From assembly GCA_040954595.2 (NCBI GenBank), contig CM082585.2:2014902-2078901 (forward strand): a stretch of 64,000 nucleotides of DNA, in the 5' to 3' direction. The stretch comes from Balanoglossus misakiensis (lineage: Eukaryota > Animalia > Hemichordata). Positions 1-11,162 of the stretch are shown piece by piece. Each line of letters opens with the position of its first letter. The stretch's first letter is position 1. Under the pieces are notes generated by a model. The model saw nothing but the letters and a program-made list of their open reading frames with translations, ran no database searches and was not told the DNA's origin. The position numbers and the translations under genes were made by a program.

Positions 1-76
1 ACGGCTTAGTCCAAATCGGGGTGTAATGTCCTATAAAGGCCCATAGCAACGAGCAAAAAGATCCCAGGGACCCATC
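1..76 (-). mobile_element. End of a TTAA-targeting MITE (Kolobok-like), same family as 6006-6800, inserted into the transposase gene; runs off the window edge
   Basis: Bases 1-76 are the near-exact reverse complement of the left TIR at 6006-6081 and are followed by TTAA (77-80). The transposase-like reading frame (...KIFWDADL) breaks at this TTAA. Confidence 0.85.
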
Positions 77-603
77 TTAAGTCAGCATCCCAGAATATTT
101 TCATGATGACTGGTTGGTAATTTTTTAGAGTATGCCAGTCTCCGATAAAAGGCTGCAACCAGTCTAAATCTGCACCATACATGTCTTTTAACTTTATCAG
201 GTGATGGAAAGTTTTCCCATCACCAACCACAACCAGGTATTTTATTCTTACACCAACTCTGAATGTAACATATACAGCTTATTGATAATGTTATGGACAG
301 TTTCAATAGAGTCTGCGTGTTCACTTGATATGCCCAAATAAATGACATTTGAGCATTCACTGTCATTACTGTTAGCAGTTGTTGCTAATGTTGATTTAAA
401 ATCCCCAAATACTGTTTCTATATCAGCTCTGTGCATTGTATTTTTTGTAGAGCAAAAATGAATGCGTCAGAAAACAGTTCTGACCAAGCAATGGCTTCTT
501 CTTGTTTAATGTCAAAATCTGACAGCGAAATTGATGACTGTGGTTGATGTTGTCTCAGTAGAGGTGGTTTAATTAAATACTACATCATCATGAACAGTAT
601 CAT

Positions 604-2318
604 ATGATAAACCTGGGGGTTTTATGTGGGAGCAACAGCCTATAAAATCCCTTGGGGTTTTCTTTGGATACGATCGACTGAAATGTCTACTTTTGAAATG
701 GGAAAAGAAAATTGAAAGGCTTAAAAGCGTGCTCAACATCTGGTCACGACGTAAGCTGAGCCTTTATGGCAAAATTACGGTTTTAAAGTCTTTGGCACTG
801 CCCACAATTTACTACCTTATGCTTAATCTTGGTGCTTTTGAAACGTGGCTCACGAATATCAACCGTCTTATTTTCAAATTTCTGTGGAATGACAAGCCAG
901 ACAAAATCAAAAGGCTCACACTCATTGCCCCTTATGATTGCGGGGGACTAAACATGCCTGACATTTTTGCCATCCATGACGCCTTTTGTTCATCATGGGT
1001 TCGTAGATTATGTGACAATTCCTCTGCCAAATGGAAGGCCTTGCCACTGCATTGGCTCGGGCACTATGGTCCAGATTTTCTTATTTTTCATTTCAATTTT
1101 AGCAACATTTCCTGTTTCCCATTTCTCGAGAGAATTCCCTTTTTCTATAAACAAGTAATTTCAGCTTGGCATAGTGCAAAAGGTGGTTGCGTCACTTTCT
1201 CCAAACTCAGTAATTTAGATGTGCGTAATCAAATTATCTGGGGTAATGTCAACATTTCAGATAATGGTAAGACTCTTTTTTTCCCTGGTTGGATTCACTC
1301 AAATATTATCTATGTCCAGGACATTGTCGATACCAACGGCGATTTTCTTCCACCTACACTGTTGTTACAAAAACTCGAGAATAAGTCAAATTGGATAGTT
1401 GAATGGATGAAGTTGCGGAATCTTATTCCCAGAGAATGGAAGTCTGTGTTGAAAGGTACTCAGTTGCATCAGATGCGTAGAGAAAAGAATTTTCTTCATG
1501 TCAATGGAAAAGTTTTTGTTTTACCTAATGATCTGTCTCGCCTTACTTCAAAATTTTTTACAGTATTTTTGTGCAAAATCGTTTTATTCGTCCATATTGT
1601 GAAAATACATGGAATCGTCGTTTGACCATGACTACTCCACTACAGTGGAGAACTATATGGGTTAACCAAACGACTGGATTGTGTTGTGATAGGAAACTTG
1701 CTGAATTTAACTTTAAGATTATGCATAACATTTTGCCATGTGGCATCAATCTTTTAAGATGGAAAATTAGTAAAAATGATCTATGTTGTCTTTGAAATGT
1801 AACTGATTCTTATGAGCATCTATTTTTAAAATGTCAACGTTTAGGGGATTTTTGGCAGCGTTTATCTGCTTTGCTCAGCAAACTTGGCATATGTCATGAG
1901 GTCGACTTAGAAACTATTATTCTTGGTTACAAAACTATGTACAGTCATCCTCTTTATAGATTTGTAAACATTGTCATTACCATTGCAAAGTATTGTGTAT
2001 TCGCTTCATGGGTCCATTTACAACATGATATTAACAGCATTAGAGCAAAAACCAATTTCGATATATTTTACAGATATCTACAATTTATGCACCAAATACT
2101 CAAAAGGAATAATAATCTAGATTTCACCCATTATTGGAAGAAAATCCTTGCTTCCGTCTGAGATGTAATTATTTTGTTAAACAAATGTACCTGGTGAATC
2201 TCTTTTTATATAGTATTATTTTTTATTTATTTATTTATTTATTTATTTCATCAAAACACGATTTATCTTTATGATACATGTAAGATTAAATGAATGGAAA
2301 TAAAAAAAAAAAAAAAAA
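604..2318 (+). mobile_element. 5'-truncated non-LTR retrotransposon (L1/Tx1 clade), 3' part of ORF2
   Basis: 14-bp TSD ATGAACAGTATCAT at 590-603 and 2319-2332; AATAAA running into a poly(A) tail at ~2299-2318. The protein has post-RT motifs (IKSLGVFF, W..RKLSLYGKITVLKSL, FKFLW, GGLNMPD) and a C-terminal CCHC knuckle (CCL*...EHLFLKC). Frameshift near 1555 and stop at 1793-1795. Confidence 0.93.
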
Positions 2319-2585
2319 ATGAACAGTATCATTGAATTTTTTCTCCGTAAATGTACAGGCTTTACTCACAGGTGCACTCAAACCTGTACCAGTATTTTTT
2401 GAGATAGATCTGTCAACCATGATTTTAGTATTATTTCCACAAGGAAAATTGGCCAAAATTTTATTCATTTCAGAGTCTACTGTATTTTGTGAACAAAAGC
2501 CACTGTTTAATTCCTGACACCGTTCAAATGAATTCTTTGCATTTTCACTCACCAGACTATCTTTTCTTTTAATTAACTGCCTGTT

Positions 2586-2921
2586 AAGAAGCAAATCATA
2601 ATGGCCTGGTTGACCTGGCCTGTCTGGTGTGTACAAGAGACAGACAGGCTCAGTCTTGGAGAACACATCACCATCACCTCTTGCAAATATATCATTCTGC
2701 TTGGTGTATATATGTCCTTCAAAGTATATATGATTGGCACGCATTATGTCTACTGTATCTGCTCTTAACTTGTCTGTGAATATTTTCTCTCGGTCAGCTA
2801 AAATTGGGTCAGAAGGGAGTCCATTAAGTAGACGATCACAATTTCGTAATGCAAAATCATTTCTCACAGAGATGCTCCTGAAAAAGCACCTTCCATCACC
2901 ATAAATGTTGATTAGCTGAAA
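2586..2921 (-). other. OTU-like cysteine protease domain within the transposase frame
   Basis: INIYGDGRCFFRSIS (Asp/Cys motif, Cys codon 2886-2888) and PVCLLY...GHYDLLL (His motif) lie in the same frame as the DNID motif (ORF 2286-3185). The central W-G-E segment typical of OTUs is missing. Confidence 0.75.
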
Positions 2922-5250
2922 ATCTTTGACAGTTGAATGTTTGTCATGACTGCCAAAAACAATATCATCAATACTGTTCAGAATTGACTTTGATTTTGGT
3001 TGGACCATTCGATAAGAAGTACCGTGGAAACCTCTGTCCTTTGGATCAGCTCTAACAGCTGCATATTTAGCTGATTTATCAATATTGTCAATGGAAGTTA
3101 AACAAAATGCATTATTTGCAATATTTTCCTCTGTGAAATCAGCTGATGTTCTTTTGTTGATCACTCCCAACATGTATCTATGCAATGTATCTCCAGAACA
3201 AATAATACCAAATCAATTTAGAATTTTCACTAGAGTAGATGACTTACTATAACCTTCAACAATGTCAGCCAGGTAAGTATGCAATGGGTAAGTACAATGA
3301 TCAGAACAAATGAACAATAGCATACACACAAAAGAAACGCCTGAGGAATCATGCTCTACTCTCCATAGAGTGCCGGTCATAAAATCCATAGTTGTGTTTA
3401 TTCCATACAAAGTTGGAGCTTTTTAATTTATTGCGTTCACTGTTGTTCAACGTTAAATATACAACAGTGTTCCATAACATAGGGTCAACCTCACTGACAA
3501 TATATTCAACATCAAGTGTACTCAGATCAACATTGTTTGTTTTGCAGTAATTACTGAATTCTTGAGATTGCTGATAAATGCTGGCATTTAATTTCACAGC
3601 CACCAAATCAAGCATTTTGAAAAAGTCAACGTCAACTTTACTCAAGTCTCTTACTTGCTTTTCAAGCCTCTCTATCTGTTTCTCAGCTTGCACAACATAC
3701 TGAGGATGTTCGACAAGTGCATTTTGGAGGGCAATAGTGAGATCTGAACCTGTTCGGTACAAAAAGGTGGAGAACTTTCTACTCACTTTTGATACAACAG
3801 AAAGGTGAATTGGAAAATACACACATAGCAATTCCCGAATAAGCCAGCTATTAGGTTTTCTGTGGAATTCCACTCGTTGTAACTTGACATTGGGTCGCAA
3901 AGTCTGATATTCATTGTCTAAACAATCATTGAAATATTGCCTGACATCAAACAATAGAATGGCATGTTTTCTGAGGAGCACTTCTCCTAAAAAGACAACA
4001 GTTTTCCAGCATGCAAAATTCACCAAGTCGTCGTCACAGCTGCATCCTTTATTGTAGCATTGTGACATATTTTTTAATTTCTTCAGCAAGTGCTATATCA
4101 CTCGACATAATTAAGCCTTGTTGAATACTACACCTGGCTTTTTCCGCTAAAGCAACAAATGTTTTATAACATTTCAAACAAATCAGGCTGTCTTGAGTAA
4201 GGGCAAATGGTGTGTTAGTTTGTTGGTGAAATGTTTGCACCATTTCAAAATCAGGGATTTTAAACAAATTGTTTGCCCGTGATAAGCACGAAGTACACAA
4301 GGGATGGCTTTTTCTCATAGCAAGGATGTAGTGACGTTGACACAGTGGAAATGATGAAACATCCTTTAAAACCTGAGTTGTCTATACTCAATTTTGTACA
4401 CAGTCCTCCTCGCCTGAAATCAGCTCTATAATGTCGCGTAAAAAATGGCCTATTTTGCGACCCTTCAGCGGGGCCCACTCTAACAGCTACATGGTTTGAA
4501 GTACTTTCCCTCATTAACATATGTTAATGAGTACCGTGCGATCTGACTGTACAGACAGAATAACACACATCGAGAGATTAACAGGCAAACACTGGCTGAC
4601 CCATAAGCGGCCAATGGCATGTGTACTGTACACACAGCAAATGGTCTCTTTAACAGATAGCCAGTTATGTAAACATGCAGTTACCAATCACTGTTATTAT
4701 TGACAAATTGCATCCAAGTCCAGACACAGGCTTGAATACAATGTTTAAACAATAACAACATTGCTTACCCAGCTTCACCGAGCTGAAATGATCGTTGACA
4801 ACCAGAATAATACTGAATAAAAATTCAAAAATTACAGATACAGGACCTTTCGTTGCCCACATATTATATTACCGTGGTCTGTGCGTCGCATTTTAATTGG
4901 TCAAGATGAACGACATCACTGACCACAAATACCCAGTAATGGTTTGTTTACATGCCCGTAAATCTGAATAGTAATATTAGCAAACAGTTCAGTGAACACA
5001 ACATTTTGCATAACACAAGTTCCGGGGCCCCAAGTCTTGTGTGTGGGACATTTTCAGAAATATTGACGGTTTTCTTGAGATTGTTGGTAATGTAATGGAA
5101 ATAAATGCAGGGCTCGGGCTCTAGCTAAGCTAAAATTAATGGGCTCGGAAGCCTCGCCCATGAATTTTTGGCTTTCCCCTCGCCCTTGCCCATAAACAAA
5201 CATTAATGGTCATGGCGTCGTGCATTATTTCTATATTGTGTTGATCTTAC

Positions 5251-5367
5251 CTGTACACTCTCCATTGACCAATCAATATTCCACAGCACAAGTGAAATAA
5301 AAAGAGCCTGCTGTATTCACACACTGGCCTTCACAAAGATCTGCTCTCTCCATATATTCATTGACAT
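5251..5367 (-). pseudogene. Degenerate calcium-binding EGF exon
   Basis: tttcag acceptor and gtaaga donor, 117 bp, phase 1-1. Translates DVNEYMERADLCEGQCVNTAGSFYFTCAVEY*LVNGECT: two Cys lost (to Y and F) and an in-frame TGA. Confidence 0.8.
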
Positions 5368-5382
5368 CTGAAATCAAAGATA

Positions 5383-5688
5383 GTTATTATTATTTATTTA
5401 TTTTATTATTATTTATTTCCTAACAAATGTAATACACATACATCTTCTACAGAAAATAATAAAATTAGAAAACAAGTGAAAGCTTAAAGGATAAAAAATT
5501 ACACTTAAAAACCCCAAACAAACAGAAACAGTTCTGAAAGACAATCCCTATAAACCAAAAAAGCAATGGAATGAAATAGTGCTGAATAAAAAGACGAGTC
5601 TTTAAACCCCTTTGAAAACTGTCAATAGATCCAGCATTGTGGATAGAAGGTGCACAAACACTGAATCCTATTTAGCCATATGCCTTGT
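5383..5688 (-). mobile_element. 3' end fragment of an L2/CR1-group LINE
   Basis: The minus strand translates YG*IGFSVCAP...SIDSFQRGLKTRLF, resembling the L2 ORF2 C-terminus (G.RAFS.AAP...FK..LKT.LF). It is followed by a 3'UTR and an (AAT/AAAT)n tail at 5383-5418. Confidence 0.55.
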
Positions 5689-5902
5689 CAGTGTTCGAAA
5701 TTCATAGGAAATATCAAGCAGTCATTGTTTCTTTTAATTGCAATACATGAACCTGGGAAAGTCTAAAAGATGCCATGATACCACTAGTCAACTCCCACGC
5801 TAAATTCAACCTGTCTGTCGGACTGGTAACATTTTATTTTTACCAGTCCTACAGAAAAACAACCAGTCTCGGACTGTCGGACAGGCTTTATTTCGTACAC
5901 TG
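5689..5902. mobile_element. 214-bp MITE (hAT- or P-like)
   Basis: TIR CAGTGTTCGAAAT / ATTTCGTACACTG (1 mismatch); flanking direct repeat GCCTTGT at 5682-5688 and 5903-5909. Confidence 0.75.
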
Positions 5903-6005
5903 GCCTTGTTAAGTTTTGAAATGCTCATTCATGGTGATGAGTTATCAAGAATATACCCGTTAAAAATTACTGTACCCTCAGAGAAGCATTTTGTAATGTC
6001 TTTAA

Positions 6006-6800
6006 GATGGGTCCCTAGGATCTTTTTGCCCGTTGCTATGGGCCTTTATGGGACATTACACCCCGATTTGGACTAAGCCGTTTTCAGAGTCTAACAAGGG
6101 GCTGGTAACTAGTTAAAAATACGCACGATTGTGAGCGCGCGCCCCCTGACGCCATTGATATGCAAATTAGTTAGGTCAAATTTCAAAAGCCTAAGGCTTT
6201 TTATTCCGTGACCTCAAAAACGAACTAGATACGTATTCATTAGTTGCTTGAACCAGGGAAGATCGTGACGGATTTTGTTTTCGAATATTATCGTTGTGTC
6301 CTACGATTTCAGCATACCCGTACCACACCTGAAAAAGTCATCGATTTTGGGTGTTTTTGGACGCACTCTTCCACTGGTATCGCTTCTTAGCACGACGAAA
6401 ACCGAAAAAACGATCCGTCACACTATGCTGAAGTGCGTTCTCAACAAGCAGGTCAAATTTGGCTGGCCTACGTCGCCTATGAAAAAAGCCTTAGGGATTT
6501 TCGTGAACGGTACAAAATCTCTGTGTACAAAACATTGGATTTTTAGCGTTCGATCCAGTTACTGTGGTTACAGGACGCGCACGCTATCGCTGACCGCTGC
6601 TTTGCCGTATTAGCGTGGCGGCCTATGGCCGGGCGGTAGCTGCCGTAAACATACTCGGACAGGGGGTGTGCACACAATCGTGTGTATTTTTAACTAGTTA
6701 CAAGCCCCTTGTCGGACGTTCATAACGGTTTCGATCAAAATTGAGTGTAGTGTCCTATAAAGGCCCATAGCAACGAGCAAAAAGATCCTAGGGACCCATC
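6006..6800. mobile_element. 795-bp non-autonomous TIR element with TTAA TSD (Kolobok-like)
   Basis: TTAA at 6002-6005 and 6801-6804; ~128-bp imperfect TIRs starting GATGGGTCCCTAGGATCTTTTTGC. Purine (GA) termini favour Kolobok over piggyBac (CC). A second copy lies at 1-76. Confidence 0.9.
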
Positions 6801-7421
6801 TTAAAATGAGATGAAAACTATATGAATTTTCTAAGTGTATATTTATTCTTTGCAGAGGTAATTTATTTAGCTATAGGTTGATAATTTATGCTAATTTCAT
6901 TAAATTATGCAAATAAGTAGTGAAAATACTTGTACATGAATATATCAGACAGTCTTATAGTATCGTGTGAGGTTGATGACACATATTCTTAACCACATAT
7001 TTCTTGATCAATTAATTGTTTTTACACCAAAGTCCTCAATATCCATGGCGATCCCTTTCTAGGAATTTTAACACTCTCTATCATTCTCATTTTAACAAAA
7101 TCCCCTGAAACTTGTGTACCCTGTCAGCAAAACTTTGTCTGATTTTTAAAATACAGATTACTTTTTCTCCCTTGCAAACAAATTTTCAAAGATAAGTTTT
7201 CACATTTGTTAATTTGTTTATATTATGCATAATTATAATTGGAAAAATTCTGAGATACAATTTCAACAAACATGTGTTCAGTACGAGTGTGCGGTTGATT
7301 TCAAATTTTAAAATGTGTGCAATGGACAGACAGGATGTGTGTTTAGCTGATTGTAACCGTAGCAATATACAATCCCCAAACAATGTAGCCACAGAAGATA
7401 TCAATATCCACAGTTACATAC

Positions 7422-7544
7422 CGGCACATGCATGGCCATCCTCCAGCAGATAGAATCCTGGTCTGCAAGTGCAGAGATAACTACCATGGGTATTCTGACA
7501 ATAGTGTTGACATGCATATCCACCACTGTGACATTCATTCATAT
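7422..7544 (-). pseudogene. Calcium-binding EGF-like exon (open frame, part of a decayed gene)
   Basis: Pyrimidine tract + cag acceptor, gtatgt donor, 123 bp, phase 1-1. Translates DMNECHSGGYACQHYCQNTHGSYLCTCRPGFYLLEDGHACA with all 6 Cys and the D-x-N-E-C / N-T-x-G-S-Y consensus. Confidence 0.9.
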
Positions 7545-7794
7545 CTGGAGGGTAAGAAGAAATTAGAAATTATTTACAAGCATTGAATTCACTTTAATTC
7601 CTTGGATTAAAAATACAGAAAAAATAGCCAACAGCTACTACAGCTAACTTAGCAAAAATGTCGACAAAATTTTACAGTGACACTGGCGTACTCTGCCACT
7701 GATATGAGGATATAAGAAAGGGAACTGGAATATTTTTTCCTCTGTATAATCAAATTAACAGTAAATGACTGCCATGGCAACATAACAGATGTTA

Positions 7795-8127
7795 CAGTCA
7801 AACCCGTGTTAGGGGCCACCTCTATATAGTGGCTACTCTGTTACAGTCCATATACATTGTGTTAGGTATTGGTATTTACTGTTATGTATAAATTTGCAGT
7901 GTACGAGGCTGAACGAGTGAGCATGTGCAGTTGGCAATAAAAAAACAGCATGGCTGTCTAGTTTGTACACACATGTCCTGTGTCGTCTAATCACTCTGGT
8001 ATAAGCCCACAATAATATAGCAATATATTACACATTGCACATTAAATGACCTGACTGTAGAGGCCACCTTTCTATAAAGGCCAGTTAGGAAAGTCCCCTG
8101 TCTGGCCAGTATAGACAGGTTTGACTG
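7795..8127. mobile_element. Tc1/mariner(pogo)-like MITE containing a solo LTR
   Basis: TA-CAGTCAAACC ... GGTTTGACTG-TA ends; internal GGCCACCT repeats typical of this MITE type. Confidence 0.8.
7860..8032 (+). mobile_element. 173-bp solo LTR
   Basis: TGTTA...TTACA termini; 5-bp TSD CATTG (7855-7859, 8033-8037); internal TATAAA and AATAAA. Confidence 0.7.
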
Positions 8128-8134
8128 TACCTAC

Positions 8135-8318
8135 CTCTTTGTGGCTGTGAATCTGTACCTGGCCATCTCTCCTGTGGCTGTGAGTTGATAGAATTCACAG
8201 CAGCAATTGGTGGCATCTTACTGAACTGACTAGCATTTGCCATTTGCATGACACCCTCTGTGGCTTTCAGTGCAGCAGCTGGTGCCTGCTGGGAAGTCAT
8301 CTTTGGAGGTGAAGTTGC
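8135..8318 (-). pseudogene. Q/P/S/A-rich exon (candidate MED25 low-complexity region)
   Basis: ttttggacag acceptor and gtaggt donor; open frame ATSPPKMTSQQAPAAALKATEGVMQ...SQPQR. It ends in phase 1, so G+AT makes the Asp that starts the EGF exon at 7544. Confidence 0.55.
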
Positions 8319-8744
8319 CTGTCCAAAAAGATTAACAAACCTAGTTAATATGGAGCATTATCAAGGCCAGTATTCAAAACCCCATTTTTAATTCATGACT
8401 GCAATTTTTGATTCGATGTTGAGCTTGCAACTCTCAAAGTCCTATTTTCAACACACATTTGGATGGGATTGAGTTTTAGGGCTTATCAACATTAATCACA
8501 TTAAAAATTGAATTTGATTACTGAGTCTGTGGCATTATCCAAAAAAGTCTTAGCATTTACAGAGTGGGTTTCTAGCAACCAAAACAGAAGTTTTGAATTT
8601 GTTTTGAAACAATAGTCAACTGTAAAGATAATGGTTAGACAAGGCTATGTGAAACAGTCATAAAAAGCTTTCAATTCACAGGATGGGTAACTAGAAACGG
8701 CTATTTTATTATATAATAAAGTAGAAGGTAGACCACAACTGTAC

Positions 8745-9006
8745 CTGGGTGATGAAAATTGTCTCAATGGGATAAATGAAACAGTCACATTTGGTTGTTG
8801 TGTCCTGTTTGCTGTGACAGCGGATACTGGTTGGTTGGGTAAACTGGTAGGCTGACCAAAAGGCATTGATGACCTTTGACCTTGGCCCTGCATCTGGGGC
8901 TGACTTGGTTGAGTCAATTACTGTTGAGAGGATGACAGTTGTTGTGGAGACTGACTTCCAATTTGACTTGGTTGTCCAAGTGACAGATGACTTGTTGGTG
9001 CGGCAC
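8745..9006 (-). pseudogene. Q/P/S-rich exon with premature stop
   Basis: tactacag acceptor and gtacag donor. Frame AAPTSHLSLGQPSQIGSQSPQQLSSSQQ*LTQPSQPQMQGQ... contains a TAA in a Gln run. Its end phase does not match the next exon, so the boundary or frame is uncertain. Confidence 0.5.
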
Positions 9007-9317
9007 CTGTAGTAAAAATATTTAGTTGATTTATTTATATACTGTAAAACGGGAAATTTCTGTGACAGGAAATGTTTGCAATATCAATAGAGACAACTGT
9101 TATGCTACACTTAAATTTTGCTTTCTTATATTTCACTAACTGCACCAATATCCCTGAAAAACATTTTTACGTGACTTTTAATTTGCATTTTTTGGTTCTC
9201 GCGAAGTTCACAATAATTTCCTGTTTGACAGTAATTCATCTATTGCAAACAAAGAAAATATGTCTACCTAGGATAGAATGACTGGAACAGGTGCAGATCA
9301 CTAGTATACAAAGCCAG

Positions 9318-9466
9318 TTCCTCCAAAACAATGAGAGGTAAAGTGCTGCGCTCAAGGGCACAATATCGCGGTCATGAAGTCACCATCCTCAAAACCCACG
9401 GCCATGTCCAGGTCTGGTTCTTGAACCCACAACCCTGTGCCCTCACCACAAGGCCATGATGTCTCC
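9318..9466 (-). mobile_element. Degenerate tRNA-derived SINE fragment
   Basis: Minus strand: A-box-like TGGCCTTGTGG, B-box-like GGGTTCAAGAACC, then GTGCCCTTGAGCGCAGCACTTTACC, a block common in aquatic-animal SINE bodies. Confidence 0.55.
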
Positions 9467-10266
9467 TCAAACTCTCCTCAAAAGTCTCCTGCTTTAGTCT
9501 AATCATTGTTAGAAATACTTTCTGCTTTGACCTTTTACATGAAGGATTTGATGCATACACACAGGCCAGTTGACAAGGAAAGCCTCTCAACATTGGTAAA
9601 ACTGCATAATAATGATACATTGTAATTGAATATATTTGTGAACAAAAACAATCATGGCCTTTACACTATTAGCTACAACATCTAACCCTCAAACCAATCT
9701 GATGAAAATATTTTTTGACCCAAAAATGGAGTAGAACAATTTGCATCTTTTATAGAACAGAAAAACAACAGTTCATAAAAACAATGAAAGTGTCCTTTTG
9801 ATATCCTATGGCAAAATCTTTTCTTGGTCCCATCAAAGTTATAACTGCCTTTTTTATTTGAAAATTTGACAAAAAAGCCAGAGCGAATAATAATATGTGA
9901 TGTGTAATAAATATTAATAAATATATTACTACCATTTTATGGAAGTACCCATTTAGAGTAATGAAAACTTTAACAAACCACAAAAAAGGTTTTGTACATC
10001 ACCACAATAGGATGAATTGGTTGTAAATGGCCATGTAAACATGATGTATATTTGTCCTGTGAACTTTAGAATCTGGATTGTATGATTTCAAATATTTGCT
10101 CAGCAACAGATACCCAAGCCGTCACGCAGTTACACCCATTGGAAAATGGTATCACCCACACCAAGGTGGATGGAAGTTGGTCCTGGCGCTTTTTTTCCCA
10201 TGATTCAAATTACAGTTAAGGCCATATTATAAATTCTGCCAACTTTCCCTCGATTTTGTAAAATAC

Positions 10267-10363
10267 CTGACGACTTATACTTGACGAATATGTTTTTTTT
10301 TCTGAAAGAGTGACCTCAAAGCTACCAAATTATGTAGAAAATCAGCTGGACCGGATTTCCCCT
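10267..10363 (-). pseudogene. MED25: Degenerate MED25 VWA-domain exon
   Basis: The minus strand gives RG..IRSS...HNLVALRSLFQK with frameshifts, resembling MED25 [22 protein letters not shown]. gtattt donor; the acceptor appears mutated (caa). Confidence 0.5.
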
Positions 10364-10488
10364 TTGAAAACAGTAAAACACAGGTGCAAGCTTTCTTTTA
10401 TTATGGGTATGGCAGAGAAAGCTTTTGACTGCTGTCAAAATTCTCTGGCAAACACAGAAGGATTATGAAACTGAAAATGTTGATAATA

Positions 10489-11014
10489 CAGTGAAACCTG
10501 TCAATACAGACATCTCTCTAATCAGGACAGATTGTTCAAGACAAAAGTAATGGCTTGAATAGAATATTACATGCACATTTCTTTTAAGGACACCTCTCTT
10601 TTAAAGGGACAAAGTCTCTCTCTCGCTGCCCTTTTTTCCATTAATAATGTTTGATACAAGACACTGTTTATGTTAATGTACATGTGTATATGTAGTGAAT
10701 GAACATTCAACCATACACAACTTCCATCCCGCGTGTATGATATGGGAGTAAAAACTCACCCAAAACGAATAAATGGTAGAGACTGATTATTCATTTTGGC
10801 GATTTTTTTCACTCTCATGTCCACAAGCAGGATGGACTTTGTGTGTGGTTGAATATTGATTCACCATATATCCACATGTAGAAAAAACATAAATGGTGTC
10901 TTGTATCAAATATAATTAATGGAATAAGGGGCAGCGAGCGAGAGAGAGAGCCTGTATCCCTTAAAGGACATGTTGTGTGATCCCAGAGGTGCCCTTACTT
11001 GGCAGGTTTCAATG
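10489..11014. mobile_element. Tc1/mariner(pogo)-like MITE containing a nested palindromic MITE
   Basis: TA-CAGTGAAACCTG ... CAGGTTTCAATG-TA (1 mismatch); GACACCTCTCT-like internal repeats. Confidence 0.7.
10605..10960. mobile_element. ~355-bp hairpin MITE with TTAA TSD (Kolobok-like)
   Basis: TTAA at 10601-10604 and 10961-10964. The two halves are diverged inverted repeats over ~165 bp (e.g. TTTGATACAAGACAC / GTGTCTTGTATCAAA; TTCAACCATACACA / TGTGTGGTTGAA). Confidence 0.8.
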
Positions 11015-11162
11015 TACTTCGCACATCAGTTGTACTCCACTGTCGGTATCGAATCATTTCCTGGTTGACATGGTGAGCTTTACATAAACAGATAAACCAC
11101 CTCAAAAAGTGGGGCCCATAATTAGAGAATGGTTTTTAACCTCACAATTTTACCATAATTAC

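Larger units (their letters stand above)
77..4375 (-). pseudogene. Disrupted Academ-like (DUF6589-like) DDE transposase gene with Cys-rich N-terminal region and internal OTU-like domain
   Basis: Collinear minus-strand frames: LCQRHY/CTSC/ICLKCYK (4049-4375); DPMLWN (3349-4089); CTYPLHTYLADIVEGYSKSSTLVKILN (3213-3310); SIDNID...FHGTSYRMVQP (~3000-3095); SNVIYLGISSEHADSIETV (248-436); YLVVVGDGKTFHHL...WLQPFIGDWHTLKNYQ (80-240). The DNID, GDxxT and GDWH motifs match Academ-type transposases as I recall them. There are several frameshifts and stops and two insertions. No TIR was found. Confidence 0.65.

Noticed and set aside
624-1625. 333-aa ORF as a host gene
   Set aside because: It is the frameshifted 3' part of a LINE ORF2 bounded by a TSD and poly(A).
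2286-2332. Poly-Phe C-terminus of ORF 2286-3185
   Set aside because: It results from read-through into the antisense poly(A) tail of the LINE.
4861-5235. Possible Crypton-like or other interspersed repeat, or the terminus of the Academ-like element
   Set aside because: It looks repeat-like (GGGCTCGG / CCTCGCCC motifs), but no TIR pair, TSD or second copy is visible in the window.
6275-6613. 112-aa ORF within the MITE
   Set aside because: Non-ATG start, no recognisable motif, and located inside a non-autonomous element.
9510-9620. Further MED25 exon candidate (YYAVLPMLRGF), plus a similar weak candidate at 11017-11100 (…SSPC…IPTVE)
   Set aside because: Both are in the right order and orientation, but the similarity is too weak and the splice sites too unclear to call by eye.
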